A stretch of 64,000 bases of DNA from Nitrospira sp. (GTDB lineage: Bacteria; Nitrospirota; Nitrospiria; Nitrospirales; Nitrospiraceae): assembly GCA_029240595.1 (NCBI GenBank), contig JARDZZ010000001.1:192-64191 (forward strand), read 5' to 3'. Positions 47,970 through 58,219 of this stretch are shown here, one piece after another; position 1 is the stretch's first letter, and each line of letters opens with the position of its first letter. The notes under the pieces were generated by a model that had not been told where the DNA came from, did not search any database, and saw only the letters and a list, made by a program, of their open reading frames with translations. The position numbers and the translations under genes were made by a program.

Positions 47970-49421
47970 TTATGAGGCCTGTTTGGTGACGGCTTTCATG
48001 CCAGTCAAACCCTGCACGATTTGTTCCATCCTCATGCCCCGTGACGCCTTTACAAGCACGACATCTCCCTGGCGAATCGTCTTCTTCAAAAGGTCGGCCG
48101 CGGAGGAAGCATCGGGCAGCTGATCGATTGCATGACCGGACATTCCTGCCTCACGCGCTCCGACCGCTATCTCGCGTCCCAGGTCTCCGCAGACGATTAA
48201 TCTGGTGAGCTTGAGCGCGGCGGCGAACTGTCCAACCTCGCGATGCAGAGGCAGGGCCTGCCGCCCGAGCTCCAGCATATCTCCCAGCACAGCCACACGT
48301 GCGCGCGCGGGTGCCCAATCCGCGAGGACCTTCAACGCGGCCTTCATCGAGGCAGGATTTGCGTTGTAACAATCATTGATGATGTGGACACCCTGGTGGG
48401 TCATCACTTGCGAACGCATGGCAGCAGGACGGAATCGCGCGAGACCCTGCGCAATAAGTGCGCCCGGCAGGTTCAACGAGAAACCCACCGCTGCAGCGGC
48501 CAACGCATTGGTGACGTTGTGCGAACCGGGCACTTTAATCGTCGCGGACATTGGCCGGCTTTTGCCAGGAAGAATCAGCCCAAAGGTCGTACCGGTACGG
48601 ACATCAGTCGACAGATCGACCGCCCGGACATTTGCCCTCTCGGACAGACCGAATGATATGACGCGGCATTGGGCCCTCGCGGCCAGATAGTCAAAATACG
48701 CATCATCAGCGTTCAACACCGCCGTCCCGTCGGCTGGCAGCATGTCGAGAAGCTCGGCCTTCGCTTGCGCCGACCCCTCCATGCCGCCGAAAAATTCCAA
48801 GTGGTCGGGCCCAATATTCGTGATGAGTCCGATGGTCGGACGTACGATTTCACAAAGGCGGGTCGTTTGCCCTCGGTGATCGACTCCCATTTCGATTGCA
48901 GCGGCCTGATGGCGGGCGGTCAGCCGTAACAGCGTGTGAGGAACACCGATCCGGTTGTTAAAGTTACCTTCGGTTTTCAGCGTACGCCACCGCTGACCAA
49001 GGACGCTGGCAACCATGTCTTTTGTGGTCGTCTTGCCGTTACTGCCCGTGACGGCCACGACAGGTATTCCAAACCGGCATCGATGATGGGTCGCCAGTTG
49101 TTGATACGCAAACAGCGGGTCCCGAACGCCGAAAAGGAACGGGTCATGGCGGGAAATGCCGCTCGATTTTTGCGTCTTGGCCTCCCAGCGATACGTATCG
49201 TGAACGATGGCGCCCGTCGCTCCCTTTGCGAGTACGGCCTGCACAAAATCATGTCCGTCGAACCGCTCCCCCTTCAGCGCGACGAAGAGATCGCCTCGCC
49301 GTATTGATCTGGAATCGGTAGAAATGTTCCGAATACGTCGCCTCATGGAGAGCGACGGATCTCCCGCCAACACCTTGACGCTGATGACTTCGCGCAGTTC
49401 TTCTACCGTCAAAAGCCCCAT
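47970..49421 (-). CDS. murF: UDP-MurNAc-tripeptide--D-Ala-D-Ala ligase
   Basis: TGSNGKTTTK, NFNNRIGVP, DCYNANP, GDMLELG and VKASRG motifs. Confidence 0.96.
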   Translation of the reverse strand: MGLLTVEELREVISVKVLAGDPSLSMRRRIRNISTDSRSIRRGDLFVALKGERFDGHDFVQAVLAKGATGAIVHDTYRWEAKTQKSSGISRHDPFLFGVRDPLFAYQQLATHHRCRFGIPVVAVTGSNGKTTTKDMVASVLGQRWRTLKTEGNFNNRIGVPHTLLRLTARHQAAAIEMGVDHRGQTTRLCEIVRPTIGLITNIGPDHLEFFGGMEGSAQAKAELLDMLPADGTAVLNADDAYFDYLAARAQCRVISFGLSERANVRAVDLSTDVRTGTTFGLILPGKSRPMSATIKVPGSHNVTNALAAAAVGFSLNLPGALIAQGLARFRPAAMRSQVMTHQGVHIINDCYNANPASMKAALKVLADWAPARARVAVLGDMLELGRQALPLHREVGQFAAALKLTRLIVCGDLGREIAVGAREAGMSGHAIDQLPDASSAADLLKKTIRQGDVVLVKASRGMRMEQIVQGLTGMKAVTKQAS

Positions 49422-49462
49422 CGACTCCTCTCGCCGTTCAGTGCTTCCTCCCACATGAAGCT

Positions 49463-50995
49463 TCACGCGCAATTCTTCCTCAACTGCTGGATGGCTTCAC
49501 GCGCGACTTCCCGATCGTCGAAATGCATCTTTTTCGTGCCTACGATCTGGTAGTCTTCATGGCCTTTGCCCGCGATCAGCAGGATGTCTCCAGGCCGAGC
49601 CAGACGCACGGCCGTTCCAATGGCTTCACGACGGTCGGCAACCATGTGGTACTGCACCGACGGTCTGCGTTGCAGCGCTTCGCGAACTCCCGCCTCCACC
49701 TCCCGAAGGATTGCCAGCGGATCTTCTGTTCTGGGGTTATCCGATGTCAGAATCACAACATCGCTGAATTCCACGGCGGCGCGGCCCATTTTCGGACGTT
49801 TCCCGCGGTCTCGATCACCACCACATCCAAATAGGGTGATAATCCGCTGTGCTTTTAGCGTCCGCGCGGCCGTCAAGAGCCGTACCAGCGCGTCCTCAGT
49901 GTGGGCATAATCCACCACGACGGTAAAGTCTTGTCCGGCAGACACGCGCTCGAATCGGCCAGGAACGTTGCTCACTCGGGCTACGGCCTCACGGACTTGA
50001 TCGCAGGTGGCTCCTCCATGAAGCGCCACACCGATCGCGCCGAGTAAGTTGTACACGTTGTGTTCGCCCACTAAGCGGCTTTCAACCGTGAAGGAGCCGG
50101 CGGGAGTGGCAGCTGTAAACGTGGAGCCGTTCATCGACAGGCGAACACTCTCGGCCATGAGATCAGCCGAGACATTGAGGGCGTAGCCCCATACGGGAAC
50201 CCGGCAGGCGGCTCGGACATAGACCCCTCGAGGATCGTCCATATTGACAATGGCCCGCTGTCTGGTTTTTTTCCCTTGGCCAAGCCCCGTGAACAGCCGC
50301 AGCTTGGCTTGGAAGTAGTCTTCCATTGTGCGGTGGTAATCGAGGTGATCCTGCGTCAAGTTCGTGAAGACGGCGACGTCGTATTCACATCCTGCGGTTC
50401 GGTCCATGGCCAGCGCGTGCGAGGACACCTCCATGACGACACTATCCAACTGCGCTTCATTCATCCTGGCCAGCAATTGCTGTAATTCCACCGCACCAGG
50501 AGTCGTGTGCGACGCCGGGATCGTTTCCGCTCCGATCTGATAGGCGACGGTCCCGATTAACCCGACCCGACGACCGATGTTCTCCAATAGCGCCTTGCAC
50601 AAATAGGTCGTTGTCGTTTTTCCATTCGTTCCGGTTACACCGATCATCGCTAGCTGCGCCGATGTATAACCGTAAAAGCGGCTCCCAATCAAACCCAATG
50701 CTTTGCGTGAATCCGTCACCTGCACAAACGGAACCGATGCCCTTTCTACGGAATCCTGTCCGACAATCGCCGCGGCGCCGGCTTTAATCGCTTGGCCGAC
50801 ATACTTGTGACCATCCACCCTCTCACCTTTGACCGCGACGAAGAGGCTCCCCGAGGAAACGGACCTCGAATCGTCCGTCACGGAGGTAATCGAGCCGTCC
50901 AGGTCCCCCAGACGTTCAACAATGGCCACTTGACCGTTCAACGCCGCCAACAATTGCGTGACCGTCAGCGCTCGAGGCTGCATCGTCACCTTCAC
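49463..50995 (-). CDS. murE: UDP-MurNAc-L-Ala-D-Glu--meso-DAP ligase
   Basis: TGTNGKTT, EVSSH, DYAHT, DNPR (meso-DAP specificity motif) and AGKGHE. Confidence 0.96.
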   Translation of the reverse strand: MKVTMQPRALTVTQLLAALNGQVAIVERLGDLDGSITSVTDDSRSVSSGSLFVAVKGERVDGHKYVGQAIKAGAAAIVGQDSVERASVPFVQVTDSRKALGLIGSRFYGYTSAQLAMIGVTGTNGKTTTTYLCKALLENIGRRVGLIGTVAYQIGAETIPASHTTPGAVELQQLLARMNEAQLDSVVMEVSSHALAMDRTAGCEYDVAVFTNLTQDHLDYHRTMEDYFQAKLRLFTGLGQGKKTRQRAIVNMDDPRGVYVRAACRVPVWGYALNVSADLMAESVRLSMNGSTFTAATPAGSFTVESRLVGEHNVYNLLGAIGVALHGGATCDQVREAVARVSNVPGRFERVSAGQDFTVVVDYAHTEDALVRLLTAARTLKAQRIITLFGCGGDRDRGKRPKMGRAAVEFSDVVILTSDNPRTEDPLAILREVEAGVREALQRRPSVQYHMVADRREAIGTAVRLARPGDILLIAGKGHEDYQIVGTKKMHFDDREVAREAIQQLRKNCA

Positions 50996-52701
50996 TGCGG
51001 GGCGACCATGGCAATCTTTACCTGGTCGTCTCGCGATACACCGAGATAGGTAAGCACCTGTTCTCCGACACGGCGAAATACCGGAGCCGCCACGACACCA
51101 CCCCAGGCTTCGCCTTGCGGTTCATCGATCACGACGATCATCGCCAGCCTCGGAGAATCCGCCGGCACGAAACCGACAAAGGACCCGACGGAGAGTGCGC
51201 TGGAATAGGCTCCAGTACGTGGATCCACTTTCTGTGCTGTCCCGGTTTTGCCGGCCACACGAAATCCGGGAATTGCCGCTTTCGTGCCCGTCCCGCTCGT
51301 GACTACCCCTTCCAAGATCGTCGTCAAAGTCCGAGCGGTGACGGGGGAGACCACGCGGCGCTTGACGTGAGGAAGGGTTTCCTTCACGAGCTGTCCTTTC
51401 TGATCTCTCATCCCTGACACCACATAGGGCTTCATGAGAACGCCGTCATTGGCGATGGCGGCGACGGCGGACACCATTTGTAAAGGCGTCACGCCGACTT
51501 CCTGGCCCATGGAAATCGACGCGAGGGAGCGCCGGCCCCATTCACGCGGAGACTTCAGCAATCCAGCCACTTCACCCGGAAGATCGACATCCGTGCGCTG
51601 CCCAAACCCGAACGCTTGGAGGTAGCGATACAGCCGTGATTCACCGAGCAGCATGCCCGTTTTTGCCGCTCCGATATTGCTGGACTTTTGAATCATCTCG
51701 GCGAAGGTCATCCAGCCGAGCTTTTCGTGGTCATGAATAGTCGTACTGGCGACGGTCATCCTGCCGTTTTCGCCGAACAACATCGAGCCGGGCATCATGA
51801 CTCGCTCCTCGAGAGCGGCAGCCGCTACCACCACCTTCATCGTCGAGCCAGGCTCATAGGTGTCTGTCAAAGCCCGATTCCGCCAGCGATCGGCGGTCAG
51901 CGCCGCTACCGCATTTGGATCAAATCTTGGACTGACGGCCATAGCAAGGATCGCTCCGCTTTGGGGCTCCAGGACGATGATGGTTCCCGATTTCGCACGA
52001 GAATGGTCAACAGCCTGCTCCAACTCTTTTTCGGCGATGTATTGAATGACCTCGTCAATTGTGAGCGTGAGCGCATGCCCTGCGGCAGGCACTTGTTCTC
52101 GGAGCCCTTTGGGAAACACGGTTCGCCCCAGCGCATCGCGCTGGAGAATCGTCATCCGTTTTTCCCCGTGCAACTGCGTTTCGTACCGACGTTCCAAACC
52201 TTCAAGGCCGATGCCATCCATCCCGACGAACCCCAGAACATGGGCAAGTAGTGGACCCTTTGGATAAAACCGCCGCCCTTCCATCACCATCCCAATGCCG
52301 TCGATTGACAGCTGCTCCAGTCGATGTCCCTGCTCGGGCTCGATCTTTCTCGCCAGCCACACAAAATGTTTCTCCTGGCGAAGTTTCTTTTCGATTTCTT
52401 CGCGGCGAATGTGCAGGACCGGGGACAGGAATCGAGCGGCGTTGGCTGGATTGTCGAGCGATGTCGGGACGCCAAAGATGGACGGCACTTCTACGTTCAT
52501 CGCCAGCACTTTTCCGTGTCGGTCGATCACCGTTCCTCTCGCGCCTTCTAATGTGACGCTTTTTTGATGTTGCCGATCCGCCCTCGCTGTCAGCTCAGCC
52601 GCCTGCAAGACTTGCAGCGTGACAAGCCGGAATAAGATGATGCCGAATCCCGCCAGCATCAGGGCTAACAAGGAATACCGGCGGCCCCGGGATGGACCCA
52701 T
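50992..52701 (-). CDS. ftsI: class B penicillin-binding protein (division transpeptidase)
   Basis: EPGSTMK (SxxK), SSN and KTGTAQK motifs; located between ftsL and murE. Confidence 0.93.
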   Translation of the reverse strand: MGPSRGRRYSLLALMLAGFGIILFRLVTLQVLQAAELTARADRQHQKSVTLEGARGTVIDRHGKVLAMNVEVPSIFGVPTSLDNPANAARFLSPVLHIRREEIEKKLRQEKHFVWLARKIEPEQGHRLEQLSIDGIGMVMEGRRFYPKGPLLAHVLGFVGMDGIGLEGLERRYETQLHGEKRMTILQRDALGRTVFPKGLREQVPAAGHALTLTIDEVIQYIAEKELEQAVDHSRAKSGTIIVLEPQSGAILAMAVSPRFDPNAVAALTADRWRNRALTDTYEPGSTMKVVVAAAALEERVMMPGSMLFGENGRMTVASTTIHDHEKLGWMTFAEMIQKSSNIGAAKTGMLLGESRLYRYLQAFGFGQRTDVDLPGEVAGLLKSPREWGRRSLASISMGQEVGVTPLQMVSAVAAIANDGVLMKPYVVSGMRDQKGQLVKETLPHVKRRVVSPVTARTLTTILEGVVTSGTGTKAAIPGFRVAGKTGTAQKVDPRTGAYSSALSVGSFVGFVPADSPRLAMIVVIDEPQGEAWGGVVAAPVFRRVGEQVLTYLGVSRDDQVKIAMVAPQ

Positions 52702-52702
52702 C

Positions 52703-53026
52703 TTATCGTTCTCCTTTTGCCGTCGAGATCGTGCGAGCGATGCGCACCTGCTCAAGGGACGGAGGCGGAGCCTGCTGCGGATGGACGATCAACACCTGTC
52801 CTTGCTGCGGCGGCACCATTCCCAGTTTATCTGTGGCAACTTTCGCAATGCGTTCCGGTGCCGTCAGGGCAGAAAACTTCACTTGCAGCTGGTCTCGCTC
52901 ACGTTCCAGCAACACCTTCTGCGCTTTCAAGCGCTCGATGTGATATCCCAACCGCACGATATCCACGCGCTCCCAGACAAAGAAAAACACGAGGCAGAGA
53001 CCGGCGGTTATGACGACGGATTTCAT
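52703..53026 (-). CDS. ftsL: cell division protein FtsL
   Basis: Single TM plus coiled coil, with L.APERI.K.A...LGM..P; located between rsmH and ftsI. Confidence 0.85.
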   Translation of the reverse strand: MKSVVITAGLCLVFFFVWERVDIVRLGYHIERLKAQKVLLERERDQLQVKFSALTAPERIAKVATDKLGMVPPQQGQVLIVHPQQAPPPSLEQVRIARTISTAKGER

Positions 53027-53979
53027 GCGTGCCCCTCATGTACGATCCGTTGCAGAACTCGAAGCTTGGCACTGCGGGATCGAGGATTTCGGCGCATTTC
53101 ATCTTCGGTGGGCACTTGTGGCCGCTTCGTCAGGACTTCGAACTCGCCGGGGTTCCGAGTGGAAAAGGCCTTGAAGGACTGTTTCACAATGCGGTCTTCG
53201 AGAGAATGAAACGAGATGACGCAGAGCCGTCCCCCAGGGGCCAAGACATCCGCTGCATCACGGAACGACGCTTCGAGGTGATCCAACTCTTTATTGACGG
53301 CGATGCGAAGCGCCTGGAAAGTACGCGTCGCACAATGAATGCGTCCGCGGCGATAATGTCCTGGCACTGCGGATTCAATTACAGATACCAATTCCCGAGT
53401 CGTCGAAATCGTCCGTTGCTGCCGAGCGCGAACGAGTGCTCGAGCAATCCGCCGCGAATATCGCTCCTCACCCCAGCGGTAAATCATGTCCGCCAACCCG
53501 ATCTCATCAAGTCCATTTACGATATCAGCCGCCGTCGGACCACTGCGATCCATACGCATATCCAACGGCCCCTCTGATTGAAAACTAAAACCACGAGCCG
53601 GATCGTCGAGCTGTGGAGACGACGCACCGAGATCGAACAGAACTCCCTCTACATGTGAAATGCTGTGCTCGACGAGAAGCCGCTTCAGTTCCATGAAATG
53701 TCCCTGGATGATGACCGCCCGGTCGCCGAACGGCTGCAGTCGCCGCCGCGCCGCATCAACAGCCTCTGGGTCGCGATCAATGCCGAAGACTTTGCCGTCC
53801 GGATCACTGGCTTCAAGGATGTCAAGGGCGTGCCCACAATAACCCACGGTGCAGTCCAGGTAGATCCCCTGACTACGGGGCCTGAGCCAGAAGAGGACTT
53901 CTGCGGGCATAACCGGGATGTGCTCTCGGTTGCCGCCAAACTGACTTCCACCAATTTCACCCACATTCTCCCACGCCAT
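53023..53979 (-). CDS. rsmH: 16S rRNA m4C1402 methyltransferase
   Basis: HIPVM, DLGASSPQLD..RGFSF, FQALRIAVN, FHSLEDR and NPRSRSAKLR motifs; start uncertain. Confidence 0.95.
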   Translation of the reverse strand: MAWENVGEIGGSQFGGNREHIPVMPAEVLFWLRPRSQGIYLDCTVGYCGHALDILEASDPDGKVFGIDRDPEAVDAARRRLQPFGDRAVIIQGHFMELKRLLVEHSISHVEGVLFDLGASSPQLDDPARGFSFQSEGPLDMRMDRSGPTAADIVNGLDEIGLADMIYRWGEERYSRRIARALVRARQQRTISTTRELVSVIESAVPGHYRRGRIHCATRTFQALRIAVNKELDHLEASFRDAADVLAPGGRLCVISFHSLEDRIVKQSFKAFSTRNPGEFEVLTKRPQVPTEDEMRRNPRSRSAKLRVLQRIVHEGHA

Positions 53980-53984
53980 CGCGG

Positions 53985-54012
53985 AGTATACTCTTCACTT
54001 TTACATTGTCAA
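53985..54012 (-). promoter_or_regulatory. putative sigma70 promoter of the dcw cluster
   Basis: TTGACA-16 bp-TATACT, AT-rich upstream, only 5 bp before the rsmH ATG. Confidence 0.6.
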
Positions 54013-54210
54013 CAATAATTTCATGGACTTATGGATATCCTTTCCAACACTGATCAGCGGACGATGCATACCACTTGACCCCCTCGAGCAGGGGCAGATA
54101 TCCACAGCGAAAACGTGGAGATTTTATGGACTGTCCGTTTTTACGACCACTAGGCGTTGTGCTGGACTTGGAAGGTTCGAGCGCGCAGGGCGCTCCGGGC
54201 AAGCGACAAA

Positions 54211-55503
54211 TTAGGGATAGAGCTTATACAGCATGCGAGGGAAGGGGATGGTTTCGCGAACGTGTTCCAGGCCGCAGATCCAGGCTACCGCGCGTTCGAT
54301 GCCCATCCCGAAGCCCGCATGCGGCACGGAACCGAACTCGCGCAGATCCAGGTACCATTTGAACGCTTCTTCCGGAAGCCGATGCTCTTGTAAACGCGTC
54401 CGCAGCAATTCCAGCGTGTGGATCCGTTGCCCGCCGCCAATAATCTCACCGTATCCTTCAGGCGCCAACACGTCCATACAGAGAGCAAGATCGGGCCGAT
54501 GATCATCAGGCTGCATGTAAAAGGCTTTGAGTGCGGCCGGATAGCGATGGATGATCACCGGTCGATCGAATTCCTGCGACAGTATGGTTTCTTCGTCGCC
54601 CCCGAAATCATCACCCATCTGCGTGGGATTATTCTTCTTGCGTAGAATACCGACTGCTTCTTCATACGTGAGACGTGGAAACGGCGGCACCACACGCTCA
54701 AGCTTACTAATATCTCGCTCTAACGTCGTCAGTTCTGTTCTTCTGGTTTCCAATACTTGCTGCACGATTGCGGCAAGGAATTCTTCGGCCAAGTCCATCA
54801 TGTCTGCCAACTGTGCGAAAGCGACTTCAGGCTCCACCATCCAAAATTCCATCAAATGTCGCCGCGTCTTTGATTTCTCTGCGCGGAACGTCGGCCCGAA
54901 ACAATACACCTTACCGAAAGCAGCGGCCGTGGCTTCACTATAGAGCTGTCCGCTCTGTGTCAAATAGGCCGTTTCGTCAAAGTACTGCGTCTGAAAGAGC
55001 GTGGTCGTGCCTTCACAGGCATTCGGCGTGAAAATTGGTGCATCCACCAAAACGAAACCGCGTTCGTCAAAAAAATTTCGGCACGCGCGGATAATCTCGT
55101 GGCGGATACGGAGAATGGCATGTTGTCGATGTGAACGCAGCCAGAGATGCCGGTGTTCCATGAGAAATCCGACGCCATGCTCCTTCGGTTGGATTGGGAA
55201 CGGCCCGGCAATTTGGAGCGCTTCTAGGCTGCGCACGTCAAGTTCATACCCTCCCGGTGCGCGGTGGTCTTGCCGGAGCTGCCCGGTCACTATCAGTGAG
55301 GACTCTTGTGTCAAACTCGCCGACAGTGCGAATTGATCATCACCGACGGCTTTCTTGCTGACGACCGCCTGCATGTCTCCGGTTCCATCCCGAAGAGTCA
55401 AGAAATGAAGCTTGCCGCTGTCACGACGGCTGCGCAACCAGCCTCGAAGAGTGACTTCCTGTCCTACATGCTGTGCCGCGGCATCTATCGTCATCACAGG
55501 CAT
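54211..55503 (-). CDS. asnS: asparagine--tRNA ligase
   Basis: N-terminal OB fold, [36 protein letters not shown] and [11 protein letters not shown]. Confidence 0.93.
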   Translation of the reverse strand: MPVMTIDAAAQHVGQEVTLRGWLRSRRDSGKLHFLTLRDGTGDMQAVVSKKAVGDDQFALSASLTQESSLIVTGQLRQDHRAPGGYELDVRSLEALQIAGPFPIQPKEHGVGFLMEHRHLWLRSHRQHAILRIRHEIIRACRNFFDERGFVLVDAPIFTPNACEGTTTLFQTQYFDETAYLTQSGQLYSEATAAAFGKVYCFGPTFRAEKSKTRRHLMEFWMVEPEVAFAQLADMMDLAEEFLAAIVQQVLETRRTELTTLERDISKLERVVPPFPRLTYEEAVGILRKKNNPTQMGDDFGGDEETILSQEFDRPVIIHRYPAALKAFYMQPDDHRPDLALCMDVLAPEGYGEIIGGGQRIHTLELLRTRLQEHRLPEEAFKWYLDLREFGSVPHAGFGMGIERAVAWICGLEHVRETIPFPRMLYKLYP

Positions 55504-55629
55504 TGCCTGTCCTCCTCAGAAAAATTGAATTCGACTGGGGCAGACTAGCTGATTTCTCCGGGCTCGTTCAAGAAGAGCAACATTCCTCGTTTCATTGACA
55601 AGATGTAGCCGTGAGATAAGAATGGAAAC

Positions 55630-56649
55630 ATGTATCCAGGTTGGCATCTGGGCAGTCACTTTGCGATGGCTATCGTGGCGGTAAGCGCCACTTGCGGCGC
55701 ACTTTCGCTCTCCAGCGCCTTAGCCGCCTCCGCCATTTACTATTGCGCAGATCGACGGGCGGATCAGCTTATCTCGGCGACACCCGGACCAGGCTGCGTC
55801 CCGCTGGCAGACACCAAGCCGGAACTACGAGATGAATCTGTCCAAGGCAAGGTGAAACGGGATTTTCACGTCGAGAATCTTGAGCAGGACGTTTCGGCGT
55901 TCCTGAAGCGATATCGGCACTTCCTGGAATGCTGCAAGAACGACCTCAGCGAATTGAGCCACGTCGAGGAGCTCGGGGACGAAGTGAACGAATTGCTGGT
56001 CTCGGTTCAGGGTAATCTCTCCAACAATGCGCTCGCATCAAGAGCGATCATGCTGCGGGAGCTGATCCCGCGAGTCGCCAAGGCCAGAAGCGACCTAAAA
56101 ACACTGCGCGCAAGGCTGGAAAAGATCAGTGAACTTTCCGCCACACGGGACCAGCTTGACTTTGAAGAAGCGGGACGTCAATCGCAACGAATCCGAGAAC
56201 TCGAGGAGTCGATTGAACGGGAGATCCACGCCCCGAAGTTGCCCGGAAGCGCCAAGACCGGAGCCAATATCGGGGTTGCCCCCGCCGCGGGCCCTGCGAT
56301 CGGCCGCAGCTCGAAAACCGGCACGGACATCGGAGGTGTCGGATCGAGCGGGCAGGATATCGGAGCTTCACCCCGGAGCAGTCGAGAAATCGGACAGAGC
56401 GGCCCGTCGGGATTTGAGATCGGCGCGACAGGCCGCGCCGGTCCGGCGATTGGACAGTCCTCGCTTAACCAAGAGACGTCGTCCGACGTTGGTTCGACGT
56501 TGCAGCGGTCGACCGTCGGCTCGACCATCTCCGATTCAACCGTCGGATCCAGTATCAATTCATCCACCATCGGCTCCGACCTCCGCGACGCCTCAGGCAG
56601 TTCGTCTCCTGAGAATTCAGCGAGCAGGCCTGGCGTGGACATCCGTTAG
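55630..56649 (+). CDS. exported hypothetical protein with coiled coil and Gly/Ser/Ile repeat tail
   Basis: Signal-like N-terminus ending ALA, a helical middle region, and periodic IG / STVGS repeats. Confidence 0.7.
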   Translation: MYPGWHLGSHFAMAIVAVSATCGALSLSSALAASAIYYCADRRADQLISATPGPGCVPLADTKPELRDESVQGKVKRDFHVENLEQDVSAFLKRYRHFLECCKNDLSELSHVEELGDEVNELLVSVQGNLSNNALASRAIMLRELIPRVAKARSDLKTLRARLEKISELSATRDQLDFEEAGRQSQRIRELEESIEREIHAPKLPGSAKTGANIGVAPAAGPAIGRSSKTGTDIGGVGSSGQDIGASPRSSREIGQSGPSGFEIGATGRAGPAIGQSSLNQETSSDVGSTLQRSTVGSTISDSTVGSSINSSTIGSDLRDASGSSSPENSASRPGVDIR

Positions 56650-56652
56650 TGA

Positions 56653-57666
56653 CTACGGGGTGAGAGGCGGCATGGGTGTCCAACTCTCCCCCGCGTCCCG
56701 ACTCCGGTAAAGGCCGCTGCCATTCGTTCCCGCGTAGAGGAGGTCGGGGTCGGTCGGGCTTTGGACAAGTGAGCGGACGTTGGTTGTAGAAAGGCCGTTA
56801 TTGAGCGTCTTCCAGGTCATCCCTCCATCATCACTACGATGCACGCCATCTCGACCGGCAAGATACACGACTCCTTTCTTCGTGCGATCCAGAATCATCG
56901 ACATGATCATCTGATCCGATAGCAATTCGCCAATTCGGGACCAAGACCTCGCTCCATCCGTCGTCTTGAATACACCGGAAAGCGTTGCCGCGTACACGGT
57001 GTCTGGCTCAAACCGATCAACCTCGATGGATGTAACATTCAGTGCCCGTGATGTCTTGACCATTTCTGGAGGCACGAGGCCGTTATTCACCTTTTCCCAA
57101 TGGGTTCCTTCATTTACAGTTTTGTACACGCCACCGCTCGTCCCGGCATATAAGATTGATGGACGCGTAGGGTCCATCCCGAGCGTCACTACCATCAGGA
57201 CCTCTTTCATGCCCTCCATTCTCTTGGTCCAACTGCCGCCGCCGCTCTTCGTCTCAAATATTCCCATGGTGGTCGCCACGAAAATATGGTTGCTATCGAA
57301 GGGGTCAAAGACGAATTGGTTGACGACCGATGAGATGGTCGCATCATCCAAACCTGAGCGCATGGAGGTCCAGCGCTGTCCTCCGTCGTGACTTTTGTAG
57401 ACGGCGTCTCCCTTTGTCCCGGCATAGACCGTCGCCGGATAAGATGGATCCACCGCCATGGATATCACGCGGGAATGACTCATCCCTTTTGAAATATTCG
57501 CCCATGTCTGACCGCCGTCGCGCGACTTATAAATATAGTCGTTGGTCGTCACGTAGATAATGTCGGGGTTCTTCGGGTGAAGCTGGATAACAACGATTGG
57601 CTCGTTCCGGTTGCAGGCAACAAGCAAGATGGGAAGAAACAGCCACGCCACAGTCGATCGCTTCAT
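56653..57666 (-). CDS. BNR/Asp-box repeat beta-propeller lipoprotein
   Basis: Lipobox LVAC and multiple S/T-x-D-G-G-x-T/S-W boxes (SRDGGQTW, SHDGGQRW, SDDGGMTW, SRDAGESW). Confidence 0.85.
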   Translation of the reverse strand: MKRSTVAWLFLPILLVACNRNEPIVVIQLHPKNPDIIYVTTNDYIYKSRDGGQTWANISKGMSHSRVISMAVDPSYPATVYAGTKGDAVYKSHDGGQRWTSMRSGLDDATISSVVNQFVFDPFDSNHIFVATTMGIFETKSGGGSWTKRMEGMKEVLMVVTLGMDPTRPSILYAGTSGGVYKTVNEGTHWEKVNNGLVPPEMVKTSRALNVTSIEVDRFEPDTVYAATLSGVFKTTDGARSWSRIGELLSDQMIMSMILDRTKKGVVYLAGRDGVHRSDDGGMTWKTLNNGLSTTNVRSLVQSPTDPDLLYAGTNGSGLYRSRDAGESWTPMPPLTP

Positions 57667-57698
57667 GAACCGATTGCGGCGTGTGGTGGCGCCACTGA

Positions 57699-58196
57699 TC
57701 ATCGATAGTTCGTAAACTGAAGGTCGATTCCAAAATCGCGTCCACGAAGCAACGCAATCGCCGATTGCAACTCGTCTTTGCTCTTACTGACGACCCGAAC
57801 CTGCTCACCTTGTATCTGGGCCTGAGCCTTCAGTTTTGAATCCTTGATCGTCTTCGCAATTTCTTTCGCCTTCTCTGAAGCCAAGCCGCTTTGAATCTTC
57901 GCTGTTTGCCGTACGGTCCCGCTCAGCGCCGGTTCGATGTGACCATAATCGAAGGCCTTTAGCGAGACGCCGCGCTTCACGCATTTTCCTTTGATAATGT
58001 CCTGAACTGCCTTCAATTTATATTCGTCATCTGAGAGGACCACGAGTTCCTTTTCCTTCTCTTTCAAGGTGATTTCCGTCTTCGAATCCTTAAAATCGAA
58101 ACGCTGCTTGATTTCTTTTGTCGCCTGATCGAGTGCATTTTTCAGCTCTTGCATGTTCACTTCGGAGACCACATCGAACGAGAATTGGTCGGCCAC
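57699..58196 (-). CDS. yajQ: YajQ family nucleotide (c-di-GMP)-binding protein
   Basis: SFDVVSEV, RFDFK, QIQGEQVRV..KSKDELQ and LQFTNYR motifs. Confidence 0.95.
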   Translation of the reverse strand: MADQFSFDVVSEVNMQELKNALDQATKEIKQRFDFKDSKTEITLKEKEKELVVLSDDEYKLKAVQDIIKGKCVKRGVSLKAFDYGHIEPALSGTVRQTAKIQSGLASEKAKEIAKTIKDSKLKAQAQIQGEQVRVVSKSKDELQSAIALLRGRDFGIDLQFTNYR

Positions 58197-58219
58197 CTTC
58201 GCCTCCTCTCACACCACGG

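Noticed and set aside
56248-56580. CRISPR array or DNA tandem repeat
   Set aside because: The periodicity is at the amino-acid level within an ORF; there are no identical nucleotide repeats with spacers and no cas genes
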